Assembly: GCA_038087875.1 (NCBI GenBank)
Contig: CM075989.1
Coordinates: 8,868,001 to 8,931,900, forward strand
Source: Malacoraja senta
Lineage: Eukaryota
Reading direction: 5' to 3'
Length of the DNA stretch: 63,900 nt
How positions within the stretch are numbered: position 1 is the stretch's first letter; every line of letters starts with the position of its first letter. The position numbers and the translations under genes are program-made. Positions 51,358-63,900 of the stretch are shown piece after piece. The notes under the pieces were generated by a model. That model was not told where the DNA came from. It searched no databases and was given only the letters and a program-made list of their open reading frames with translations.

Positions 51358-51826
51358 AGACAATAGACAATAGACAATAGGTGCAGGAGCAGGCCATTCG
51401 GCCCTTCGAGCCAGCACCGCCATTCAATGTGATCATGGCTGATCATCCCCAATCAGTACCCCGTTCCTGCCTTCTCCCCATATCCCCTGACTCCGCTATC
51501 TTTAAGAGCCCTATCTAGCTCTCTCTTGAAAGCATCCAGAGAACCTGCCTCCACCATCCTCTGAGGCAGAGAATTCCACAGACTCACTACTGAGAAAAAG
51601 TGTTTCCTCGTCTCCGTTCTAAATGGCTTACTCCTTATTCTTAAACTGTGGCCCCTGGTTCTGGACTCCCCCAACATCGGGAACATGTTTCCTGCCTCTA
51701 GCGTGTCCAAGCCCTTAACAATCTTATATGTTTCAATGAGATTCCCTCTCATCCTTCTAAACTCCAGAGTGTACAAGCCCAGCTGCTCCATTCTCTCAGC
51801 ATATGACAGTCCCGCCATCCCGGGAA
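51358..51826 (-). mobile_element. CR1 3' end
   Basis: IPGMAGLSYAERMEQLGLYTLEFRRMRGNLIE...; (CAATAGA)n tail. Confidence 0.92.
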
Positions 51827-52947
51827 TTTGTGCACAAATGGCTGCAATGCCACTGTGTTCAGCTTCCCCCATCTTTCCATGAATGAAGCGCGAACCCACC
51901 ATGTTTGACATAGGGTCATAGAGCTATTCAACATGACAACAGGCCCTTCGGCCCAACTCATCCATGCCAACTCAGTGGTCCCACTTCCCCTTGCCTGGCC
52001 CATATCCTGCTAAACCTTTCCTGACCATAGACCTGTCTAACTATCTGTTAAATGTTGGAATTGCACCCCTCTCTGCCACTTCTTTGTTCAATTTACCCAC
52101 CTTCCTCTGTGAAATTGTTAGACCATTAAACCATAAAATAAAGGAACAAATTAGGTTATTCAGTGCATCAAGTCTACTCCGCCATTCAAGCATGGCTGAT
52201 CGATTTTTCGCACTCAAACTCATTTTCCTGCCTTTCCCCATAATCTTTGACACCCTAATTTAATCAAGAACATATCAATCTTCGCTTTAAAAATACCCAA
52301 TGTCTTGGTCTCCACAGCCGTCAATGATTTCCACAGAGTCACCATCCTCTGGCTAAAGAAATACCTCCTCATCTCCATTTTGAAAGTATATCCTTTTATT
52401 CTGAGGCTTTGCCCTCTGATCCTAGACTCTCGAGCCTCTAGACTCTCAGTCCCCTCATCCTTCTAGACACTCGTTGTCCCTCTAGTCCCTTTTAAATCTT
52501 TCTCTTCTTATCTTAAACCTATGTCCTCTATTTGCAACGTGGTCCCACCACCAGTCACACCTTTCCATCTCCATCCCTTTCCATCTTCCACAGAGACAGC
52601 TTCCTCCACAGCTCCTTAGTTCACTCATCCCTTCCCACCCAAACCAACCCTCTCCCAAGTACATCCCATCCAAGTGCTGCCTGACCCACTGAGTTACTTC
52701 AACACCCTGTGACTTTTTTCCCCTCTAGGTTTAGGCTCTCACGCCCTGGGGAAAAAGACTGTGGCTATTCACCTCATGTATGGCCCTCATAATTGAATGT
52801 GACACAATAAGGCAGCGTGCAACATTACTGCAGCAGTTATACACCCATTGAGCTGAAGCTCAGAAACTTGATCTTGGATTCACAATGCCAAATGCCAAGT
52901 GGTGACATTTGCCTGTGTTCTTCTCCAGTTCCAAAACTAGGTTCCAT

Positions 52948-53215
52948 TGGCAGCATAGTAACGCAGCGGTAGAGTTGCTGCCTTACAGCGCCAGAGACCC
53001 GGGTTCAATCCTGACCACGGGTGCTGTCTGTATGGAGTTTGTACGTTCTCCCTGAGATGGCGTGGGGTTTCTCCGGGTGCTCCAGTTGCCTCCCACACTC
53101 CAAAGACATGCAGGTTTGTAGGATAGTGTTAGTGTATGGGGTGGTCGCTGGTCGGTATGGACTCGGTGGGCCGAAGGCCCTGTTTCCACGCTGTATCTCT
53201 AAACTAAACTAAACT
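52948..53215 (+). mobile_element. HE1-like SINE
   Basis: Head, body and (CTAAA)n tail. Confidence 0.88.
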
Positions 53216-54611
53216 GGAGCCACGTTTAAGAATGTGAAGGCACTGCCTCAAAGGGCTGTCATTATTAACAAGGCCCACTCCTCTGTCAAAGTCACGGCAA
53301 TGTGAGATCAAGTGAATGGATTGCATTATATCTGATAGAGTGGATGTGGAGAGGATGTTACCACTAGTGGGAGAGTCTAGGACAGAGGCCATAGCCTCAG
53401 AATAAAAAGATTTAGAAAGGAGATGAGGAGGGAATTTCTTTAGTCAGAGGGTGGTGAATTTGTGGAATTCATTGCCACAAACAGCTGTGGAGGACGTCAA
53501 TGAATATCTATAAGGCTATAGTGACACATTCTTGATCAGTACAGGTGTCAGGGGTAATGGGGTGAAGGCAGGAGAATGTATTTGAGAGGGGAAGATAGAT
53601 GAGCCATGATTGAATGGCAGAGTAGACTTGATGGGCCAAATGGCCTAATTCTTCTCCAATACTTATGAACATGGATCTATTAGGCGTGCAGTCTGATTCA
53701 CACTATGATTGATGCCACTACTCTGTGGCCAACATCCATTCAACAGCCGCGCTACACTCTCTCGGGAGCAGCCAGTTCATTGTCACATTACCTGCGATGT
53801 TGGGGAAAGCCGATCTTATTTCACAGCCAATGTTACACAGCAGCGATGTGGCACGTTGAAACTCTACACCGGTATATGACCGAGTTTCGAGCATCACGAG
53901 CCGGAGGACAGGTTCGACCCTGACTCTTCTCTGTGTTCATCAACCTGATTGTGTTGGCATTGGGGTTGTGGATGGAGCGATGGAAGATGGAAGTGAAAAC
54001 GGGTTCACACGGGGAGTATGCAAACTCCACATAGAAAGCCATGGAACCTGATTCCGAGATTGTGTCAGAGGATATGGGGAGAAGGCAGGAGAATGGGGTT
54101 AGGAGGGAGAGATAGGTCAGCCATGATTGAATGGCGGAGTAGACCTGATGGGCCGAATGGCCTAATTCTGCTCCCATATGATATATATATGGAGTAGAAT
54201 TACCGTATGATATTTAGAAAACAGGAAGCATGAAAGAAGCAATGGCTTTAAAATACTTACAGATAATGGACCAAAAAGGAAGATTGGTTTGATCTGCTTA
54301 TGCTCACTATCACTCACAAGTCCCAAACACTTCATTTGACTTCCCACATGATATGTTTATACAGACTAAATGATGCAGGATTAAATACAAACCCCGTATT
54401 ACTTTAGAAATCATTGCAGAAGGTCGCTGCCTTGGTCACGAATGAGTGTGGAACTGTTAGGGAGGTTTAGTGATTTTGGTTTTAAGTGACTGAAAACTGA
54501 AGTATTGTCTCAAAGATCTGAATGGAAAATCATTTTACTCCACTGCTAAAAACTCTGCTGGCAATACATGCCAATTGTGCAGAATTCCTCGACTTCCTCA
54601 TTCACAGACCA

Positions 54612-55370
54612 CAGAATAGAATAGAATAGAATGCCTTTTATTCTCATTCAAACAACTTGGTTTGAACGAAATTTTGTTTCCTACAGTTTTTACATTACAA
54701 AAAAACCCAAGACCCACACTTAACACAGTTTACACAAACATCCATCACAGTGAATCTTCAACACCTCCTCACTGTGATGGAAGGCAATGTCTTATATCTT
54801 CCCTTTGTTCTTCTCCCACGGTCCAGCAGTCCAACTGCAGCGTCGAGGTGAACTGGGGCTCCGATGTTAAAGCCCCCGGCGGGCAATGGTAAGTCCTGTG
54901 GCCGCTTAAGCCGCGCCGGGCGATGTTAGGCCCCAGCTCCAGGTCCTTTAAACCCCACCATTCCAGCGGGAGAAGTTGCCGTTGTGGAGCTCGGAAAAGC
55001 CGTCTCCCCCCAGGGACCTGCGAGCTCCCGATGTTCCTGTCCACCGGGTCTGCGGCCGGTGCCTCCGAAGCTCCAAAGTCGGGTCACAGCCGTGCGCCAC
55101 CACAGCTCTTCCCGCTCCGAAGACGGCCAGTTCCGCGATGTCAGTTCCGCAGGCTCCGCGACTGGAGCCCGCAGGTTGGTTCCAGCCGGAGGCCGCCGCC
55201 GGCTCCTCGAGGTTAGGCCCAACGACATTGGAGACCCGACAGGGAAAAAGTCGGGTCCCCATACAGGAAGAGATTAAACGGTTTCCCCCACAGCCCCACC
55301 CCCATCCCCCACATATACACAGCTAAAAAAAATTAAAAAACTATCTCAAGACATACATTTAACAAGACAC
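54612..55370 (-). mobile_element. GC-rich non-autonomous retroelement with (TTCTA)n tail
   Basis: (AGAAT)n on + strand; shares CCGATGTT, TGTGATGGAA and C-run/A-run motifs with related copies. Confidence 0.6.
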
Positions 55371-56384
55371 ACAGTCTGTTCGTATTGGTGGAAATGTGTC
55401 AGCCTCGATAACAATCAGCACGGGAGCACCTCAAGGCTGCGTGCTCAGCCCCCTGCTGTACTCACTCTATACTCATGACTGCGTAGCCAGTCACAGTGCG
55501 AACTCCATCATCAAGTTCGCCGATGACACCACTGTTGTGGGACGTATCACTGATGGAGACGAGTCAGAGTATAGAAGTGAGATCGACCGATTGACCAAAT
55601 GGTGCCAGCACAACAACCTGGCTCTCAACACCAGCAAAACCAAGGAACTGATTGTGGACTTTGGAAAGAGTAGGATGGGGACCCACAGTCCCGTTTATAT
55701 CAACGGGTCGATGGTGGAAAGGGTCAAGAGCTTCAAATTCCTGGGCGTGCATATCTCTGAAGATCTCTCCTGAACCCAGAACACTGATGCAATTATAAAG
55801 AAAGCACATCAGCGCCTCTACTTCCTGAGAAGATTACGGAGAGTCGGTATGTCAAAGAGGACTCTCTCGAACTTCTACAGGTGCACAGTAGAGAGCATGC
55901 TGACCGGTTGCATCGTGGCTTGGTTCGGCAACTTCAGCGCCCAGGAGCGGAAAAGACTACAAAAAGTAGTAACCACTGCCCAGTCCATCATCAGCTCTGA
56001 CCTCCCGTCCGTCGAGGGGATCCATCACAGTCGCTGCCTCAAAAAGGCTGGCAGCATCATCAAGGACCCACACCATCCTGGCCACACATTCATCTCTCCG
56101 CTGCCTTCAGGTAGAAGGTACAGGAGCCTGAAGACTGCAACGACCAGGTTCAGGAATAGCTGCTTCCCCGCAGCCATCAGACTATTAAACTCAACTCAAC
56201 TAATAGCCTATTGCACTTTATCTGTTTATTTATGTGTGTGTATATATATATTCTATGGTATATAGACACACTGATCTGTTCTGTATGCCTATTTTATTTA
56301 TGCCTATAATATTCTGTTGTGCTGAAGCAAAGCGAGAAATTCATTGTCCTATCAGGGACACATGACAATAAACTCTCTTGAATT
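55371..56384 (+). mobile_element. Rex1/Babar LINE, 5'-truncated RT fragment with one nonsense codon
   Basis: TGAPQGCVLSPLLYSLYTHDC, IKFADDTTVVG, QRLYFLRRL, LPSGRRYRS; TGA at 55771-55773 in frame; 3' UTR ending AATAAACTCTCTTGAAT. Confidence 0.92.
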
Positions 56385-57265
56385 CACATTTTATTTACAC
56401 TGGACATTGAATTCTCCAATTTTAGGTAACTAACCTACAAACAGCTTGTTTATTTCTTCTTCTACCCCCCGCCCCCCCTTCCCTGTGAACTTGCACCCAT
56501 TTCTCCCCTTCCCCCTTTCGTTCCCCTGTCTTTGTAATTCACACCTCATCTCACACCTTTTTGTCTTTGCATCTCTGCACTTTGTCCAACCATCTGCCTG
56601 TCTGTATCCCCCTCACCTGTATCCACCTATCACGTGCCACATTTAGTCCTGCCCCCTCTCCCCCCAGAGCCATAGAGTGATACAGTGTGGAGACCGGCCC
56701 TTCAGCCCAACTTGCCCACACCGACCAACATGTCCCATCTACACTAGTCCCACTTGCCTGCGTTTGGCCCATATCCCTCCAAACCTGTCCTCCAGCTTTT
56801 TTCCTCCCTCCACCATCAGTCTGAAGAAGGGTCCTAACCCGAAACATCGTCTATCCATGTTCTCCAGAGAAGCTGTGTGACCAGCTGAGTTACTCCAGCA
56901 CTTTGTGTCTTCTTTTGTAAACCGACGTCTGTAGTTCCTTGTTTCTCCTCAGTCGGGTCCACTCAGTGAGGAGGCAACGTCATGCACAATGCATTCAGTG
57001 AAGTAAGGCACCAGTCCTGCCCCTTGGTCTCGTCCTCAACCAGACTGAGAAGGAGCAGCTGAAAGTGGCTGTGGAGCGGCGTGACCAAGTGCCCTCACCG
57101 TGGTGGTTTTGTTGGGTTGTACAAAGGCCCAGAGGGGACACAGGCAGACCCTCAGTTCAGATTCTAAAGAATCCTTTTGTGCCTCATCCCAGCTGCAGAG
57201 CTGCAGTCATAAGCGATCTCACTGTAGCTATGACTCAGTACAGATGAAGAGTTTCTGCTTCCTTA

Positions 57266-58131
<866 letters not shown>

Positions 58132-60144
58132 TTACTACACACTGGTCCATTCAGCATGTGGGGTCTGTCCCATCAGTTTCATTTCCCCTCTCCAAATTTC
58201 CAGTCACCTCTGCTACTTATCCCTCCCCCTTTGATGTCCATTAAACGCTCTGGCCACCCAACTACCCCAAGGGTTTTCCACAGTCATGAACCGACCTACC
58301 AGGATATTGTTGGAAACCCAAGCACAGGGAGAACTTACAAGCTCCGCACAGGGATGGTTCAAGGAGCAGAAATAGGCCATTCGGCCCATCGAGCCTACTC
58401 CGCCATTCTATCATGGCTGGTCTATCTTTTCCTCTCCACCCCATTCTCCTGCCTTCACCCCATAACCCTTGACACCCGTACTAATCAAGAACCTGTCAAC
58501 CCCCCTGCCTTATATATACCCAATACCTTGGCCTCCATAGCCATCTGAGGTCAGAATTGAACCTGGGTCTCTGGAGCACTACCTCCTGGACCACCATCAC
58601 ACCTTCTTTGTGCTCCTGGTGTTTGAGGACTTGGTTTCTTTTTCTGGACAACCCCCCCCTCCCCCAGTTCAAGCCTGTCACCCTCAACAGTTATTTTATC
58701 ATAGAAATATAGAAAATAGAAACATAGAAAATAGGTGCAGGAGGAGGCCATTCGGCCCTTCGAGCCAGCACTACCATTCATTGTGTCTCCTCTATCCTTA
58801 TGTTACCTTCTGCACCCTCCCCCTCCAGCGCTCACCTTTCCCATCGCCATTACCTAAGCCTTCTACACTCAATGGTTCCTTTATTGTCACCAGTTCCTGA
58901 GGTACAGTGAAATATATTTTTCGTATATATAGATTAATGTGATTATTGCCATGCACAAAAACAACCCTTGATTAAGTACCCCATGCATAGAAACAGCCCA
59001 CTGAGTCCAAATGCAATAGTCACCACATTTTGCTGCCATTTTACCCAGTGCAAGCTGCATCTGGCCATAAAGTCCTGTGGCAGCCATTACCTCATTCAGA
59101 TCGCCAGCGAACTAGTCCTTCTCTCCTCTCTGGGCCTTCAGCCTTTGTGGCCCTCAGCTATAATTTGTGCTTGATCCTTCACCTTCATGAACTCGCATTA
59201 AATACCAAATCCATGAAGAGCCAGCAGCCTAATCAGACCCTTTGCAATTGGCTTCCACCACTGTGTCTCCATCTTCCAGGGCCCCAGGGTCTGGAATTCC
59301 TGGCGTAAAACTCCCCACATCTCCTTCCTCCTTTAAAGCCTAACGTCTTTGACAAGCTTTTGGTCATTCGCCATAGTATGTTCTCCTGGGACTCTGCACC
59401 AAATAATTTATTTAGTAATGTTCCCGGGAAGGGGATTGGGAACTATGACTACATTAATACGAATGGAATGCTGGCTTTTCCAACCAAAAAAACATCAACT
59501 TCAGACAGGTACATGGATAGGATAGGTTTAGAGGGGTGTGGGCCAAACGCAGGCAAGTGGGACTAATGTAGATGGGTTGGTGCGGGCAAGTTGGGTCGAA
59601 GGGCCTGCTTCCATGCTGTATGACTCTATGAGTCTAACTAGTCCCTATTTTAGAGATTTGCATCTGCCCAACAATTTGAGTTACTCACAGGGAATCATTG
59701 GGAATTGGGATAGATCTTGGCGTGAGGGTCCAGAGTGGTGATGGAGAGCTCCTTGTTCAATTCTTATCCCTTCGGAATTTTATTTCCATTGCAGACTCTG
59801 GATAATTCCAGCGATTTGTCATCACCCAAGGCAGCAAGACTTGTGTGAGTTGATATAGTGTAGCTCAGAGAGTTCTACCACTACCTGGGGCTTTGCTAAG
59901 CTTAAGGCAACATTTAAGTTCAAGTTACGGCGTTTACATCATTGCAAGAAACCTTTGTGCATGAAAGGGAAGACATTTTTTAAGTAGATTTGTTTTTTTT
60001 TAATTGGCTATCAAAGGAGGATAAGAAGTCAATTGGAAAATATATACTGAGAGCTGAAGGAATATAATTGTGTTTCCAAATGGACAAAGGGTTGCGAATG
60101 ATAAAGATGGGAAGATGGTGCTGACCAGATACCACTAGGTGTTT

Positions 60145-60327
60145 GGGAAGGAACTGCAGATGCTGGTTTACACCGAAGATAGACACAAAATGCTGGAGTA
60201 ACTCAGCGGGTCAGGCAGCATCTCTGGAGTCTGAAGAAGGGACTCGACCCAAAATGTCACCTATTCATTTTCTCCAGAGATGCTGCCTGACCCGCTGAGT
60301 TACTCCAGCATCTAGTGTCTATCTTCA
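60145..60327. mobile_element. Penelope-derived palindrome
   Basis: Inverted arms around a degenerate hammerhead motif at 60231. Confidence 0.85.
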
Positions 60328-60432
60328 GATACCACTGGGGTCTGGGTGGCTACTTCCTTAGGCCAGATTTACAAACCACCTGGCGGAGATTTGGTGTCCA
60401 GTCTAAGGGCACGGAGGTCAGATGAGATTTCG

Positions 60433-60743
60433 GGTGGCACGGTGGCGCAGCGGTAGAGTTGCTGCTTTACAGCGCTTGCAGTGCCGGAGACCAGGGTTCG
60501 ATCCCGACTACGGGTGCTGTCTGTGCGGAGTTTGTACGTTCTCCCTGTGACCACCTGGGCCTGCTCCGAGATCTTCGGCTTCCTCACACGCTCCCAAGAC
60601 GTACAGCTATGCAGGTAAACTGGCTTGGTAAATGTAAAAATTGTCCTTAGTGTGTGTAGGATAGTGTTAATGCGCTGGTTGGCATGGACCCAGTGGGCCG
60701 AAGGGCCTGTTTCCACACTGTATCTCTAAACTAAACTAAACTA
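60433..60743 (+). mobile_element. HE1-like SINE, full length
   Basis: A box TGGCGCAGCGG, B box GGTTCGATCCC, (CTAAA)n tail. Confidence 0.92.
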
Positions 60744-61182
60744 ATTGAGATGAGGTGGATGGAATTGGGCATGGTTATGGAGATGAAATATCAATGACTA
60801 GAGGGCAGAGCTTTAAGATCAGAGTGGGAAATGAGACGAGCGAGGGAAGTTTTTTTACACAGAGATGGTTAGATCCCTGGAATGTGCTTCCAGCAGCGAT
60901 GTTTAGCCAGATACGATGGCAGTGTTTAAGAGGTTTTTAGATAGGCACATGGATAGGTAGGGAATGGAGGGATATGGATCACGTGCAGGCAGATGAGATA
61001 GTTTATCTTGGATTCATGTTTGGCACAGACATTGTGGACCAAAGGCCTGCTCCTGTGCTGTACTTATCTCTATTCTATGCAAACAGATGGCCTTAATGAT
61101 GAGTAGGAAGGAACTGCAGATTCTGGTTACATCTCTAGAAAAAAGGAATAGGTGTCATTTCTAGTCAAGTCCCTTCTTTTAA

Positions 61183-61525
61183 CAACAGCGGTATGAATAT
61201 TGATTTCTCTAACTTCAAGTGACCCTTGCATTCCCTCTCTCTCTCTGTCCCTCCCCCACTCAGTCATCCTGCTAGTTTCACTGTTTGTATCCCTTCGCAA
61301 TCACCTTTTCCCACAGCCAACAATGGACCTTTGTGGGCTCCACATTTCCTTGGTCATTGGTGCCTGCTCTGATTTGTTTTGTAACCTTTCATGCATCTGG
61401 TTTCCCTCTCCCCTCTCTCAGCCTGAAGAAGGGTCTCGACCCGAAACGCCGCCTATCCCTTTTCTCCAGAGATGCTGCCTGACCCGCTGAGTTAGTTACT
61501 CCAGCACTTTGTGTCTAACTTCGGC
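61183..61525 (+). mobile_element. Penelope-like element 3' end
   Basis: SGMNIDFSNFK* followed by a UTR like 18657-18955 and a hammerhead-like motif at 61423. Confidence 0.8.
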
Positions 61526-62074
61526 CTTAGTGATGACATGAACGTGAGGTCTGAAGAAGGGCCCCGACCTGAAGTGGCATCTGCCTATTTTCCCCACGGA
61601 TGCTGCCTGACCCGTTGAGTTCCTCCAGCAGTGTGTATTTGCTCAGGTTTGAAGTCTCAATTGGCGACATTTGATATGAAAGTTGAAATTAATTCAGTGG
61701 AAGGGGGTGGACTAGGAAGAAAGCAATAGAAGGTTGGACTGACAGAGGGAGGTGAGGAATAGTTTCCAGGAATATCAATACCTGCCTGGATCTGTGGGCT
61801 GTTTGCAACAAAGAGTGAATAATGTGTCCAGTGGAAGGATGTTCAATGTACAAGCGTGGGTGGGCAGGACATGTTCCCCAACGCTGAGAAAATGCAGGAC
61901 TACAAAATACAGGGAGGGATGTCATACCGTTACATGAAATGTTAAATACTCAATCAGCGCAAAAGATCTGATGAGTTGGCTCCAACAAACATTCACGATT
62001 TATAGTTTGGAAAGATGTGACTGAGTGCCTGTAATGAAATGAATATGATTTGAACTCTGAGATATTCGTAGAGG

Positions 62075-62560
62075 CATACAGCGTGGAATTAGGCCCTGCA
62101 GTCCAACTTGGCCCTGCCGACCAAGATGGCCCATCTACACTAGTCCCACCTGCCTGCATTTGGCCCATAACCCTCTAGATCTTTCCAATCCATGTACCTG
62201 CCCAATGTCTTTTCATTGTTGTTATAGTACCTGCCTCAACTACCTCCTCCGGCTGTTCCTACTTTATGCCCACCACCCTCTGTGTGAAAAAGCTGCCACC
62301 CAAGTTCCTAAGACATTTTTACACTCGCACCTTAAACCTATGTCCTCCAGTTATTGAATCCCCCTTACTCTGGGGAAAAGATTCTGTCTGTGCATTCACC
62401 CTATACATTCCCCTCATGATCTTATACACCTCTATAAGATCACCCCTCATCCTCCTGCGCTACAAAGAACAAAGTCCTGGCCTGCCCAACATCTCCCTAT
62501 AGCTCAGGCCTGCAAGTCCTGACAACATCCTCGTAACCCTTCTCTGCACTCTTTCCAGCA
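62075..62560 (-). mobile_element. CR1-type LINE 3' end
   Basis: ORF2 C-terminal remnant and 3' UTR. Confidence 0.8.
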
Positions 62561-62712
62561 TTCATGAACTGATGCTGAGGGAAACAAATTTGTTATAACC
62601 AGATGTTTAACTTCCATATAATGAAAATATGAAGGAATATTTACATTTAATCTCTTCATTCCGGCCCTCATTTTTCTTGGATTGGACCTGATTTTTTTTT
62701 TTTTAATTTCCT

Positions 62713-62787
<75 letters not shown>

Positions 62788-63035
62788 TCTCTCTCCCTCT
62801 TTCTCTGTACCCAACTTTATCTATTTCTCTTCCTTTGCTTAGTCCCCAAACTCCCTCTCTCACTCACTGTCTATTTCTCTCAGTTTGAGTCTCTGCCTGA
62901 CTCCCTCGTGAACGAGTTTCATACAGAGATCTTTATTCCCAATTTATTCCTCTGCTTTGGTCTCACACACCCTCACTCGCTCCGACAAGAAGCTTTTCAA
63001 GTGACTATCCGTGGCTTTGCGCTGATCTGGTTACT

Positions 63036-63049
63036 GTTGCCATGGCAAC
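63036..63049. promoter_or_regulatory. Perfect palindromic RFX X-box
   Basis: GTTGCCATGGCAAC in non-repetitive sequence. Confidence 0.6.
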
Positions 63050-63319
63050 CCTTGTGCCTGTAGCTGCCAGCCTTTCTTTCAGCGAGTTCCACGCGTTCAC
63101 GTGCTCCTTTATCTGATCTCATCCTGGCTGTCTTGGCTGCCGGCCACTCTCACCAATTGTCAACAGACTGACTGACGCATGAGGAGGGGGTTTGCATTTC
63201 TAAATTGCTTCTTATGTCCTTCTCTGTGGGAAAGAAAGGCTTTGAGGCACAGAATAGCCGTTGCCAAGTATAGGTCCTGGCATCACCACAAACTGGTCAA
63301 CTGCCTGGTTAATGCCTGT

Positions 63320-63900
63320 TCTCCCTCTCTCTCCCTCACTCTCTGTCTCTATCTGCCTGTCTCTCATCCCCTGTCTGTCTCTCTCTCTCTCTCTCTCTCT
63401 GTCACTCTCTATGCCCCTTTACTTCTCTCCCTCTCTCTCTCTCTCTCTCTATCTGCTGCTGTCTCACTCACCCTCTCTCACTCTCTCTGCCACTCTCTCG
63501 TTTTCTTTGTTTTTCTCACTGCTCCCCCACCCTCTCTCTGTCGATCACTCTCCATTTATCTATCTTGAGCTTTCTCTCTCCCCCTCTCTCTCTCTCCCTG
63601 TCCCTCTCCCTCTCTCTTTGCCACTCTCTCGTTTTCTTTGTTTTTCTCACTGCTCCCCCACCCTCTCTCTGTCTATCACTCTCCATTTATCTATCTTGAG
63701 CTTTCTCTCTCCCCCTCTCTCTCTCTCTCCCCGTCCCTCTCCCTCTCTCCCTGTCCCTCTCTCTTTCTCTCTTTGTCTCTCTCAGTTCCTCCACTCTCTC
63801 TGTCTCCATCTCTCTCTATCTGTCTGCCTTTTTCTGTCTCTGCCCTCTCTCTCCTCTCTCTCACCCCCCCTCTCATTCTCTCTCTCTCTCTCTCTCTCTC
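63320..63900. repeat. (CT)n-rich tract containing a 131-bp tandem duplication
   Basis: Units begin at 63488 and 63619; a further (CT)n lies at 62716-62800. Confidence 0.9.

Noticed and set aside
60433..60515. tRNA-like sequences with A/B boxes, here and at other SINE heads
   Set aside because: Each continues into a SINE body; these are not standalone tRNA genes

Overview
Repeat-saturated, non-coding eukaryotic DNA. The HE1-type SINEs and HER1/CR1-type LINEs point to a cartilaginous fish, probably a skate or ray (inference). I recognise no intact host gene, so this is probably intronic or intergenic. Retroelements: a 2.6-kb CR1 fragment (esterase/EN/RT) splitting a SINE; many CR1 3' ends; L2, Tx1 and Rex1/Babar fragments; about 20 HE1-like SINEs; more than 20 Penelope-derived repeats with minimal hammerhead-ribozyme motifs, often as palindromes; a DIRS1-type retrotransposon with intact ITR/ICR architecture but decayed ORFs; and an ERV-like 5' LTR with a tRNA-Ser PBS. 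DNA elements: MITEs of Harbinger, hAT, putative P and Tigger type. Also a 1.37-kb (CA)n tract and several unique islands that may be conserved enhancers. Highlights: a hAT MITE apparently carrying a captured CYB561D1-like first exon, a TAR-like hairpin at the predicted LTR start site, the hammerhead palindromes, and a non-canonical LINE insertion with a templated junction. Family names come from motif recognition, not database searches, and boundaries of degraded repeats are approximate.
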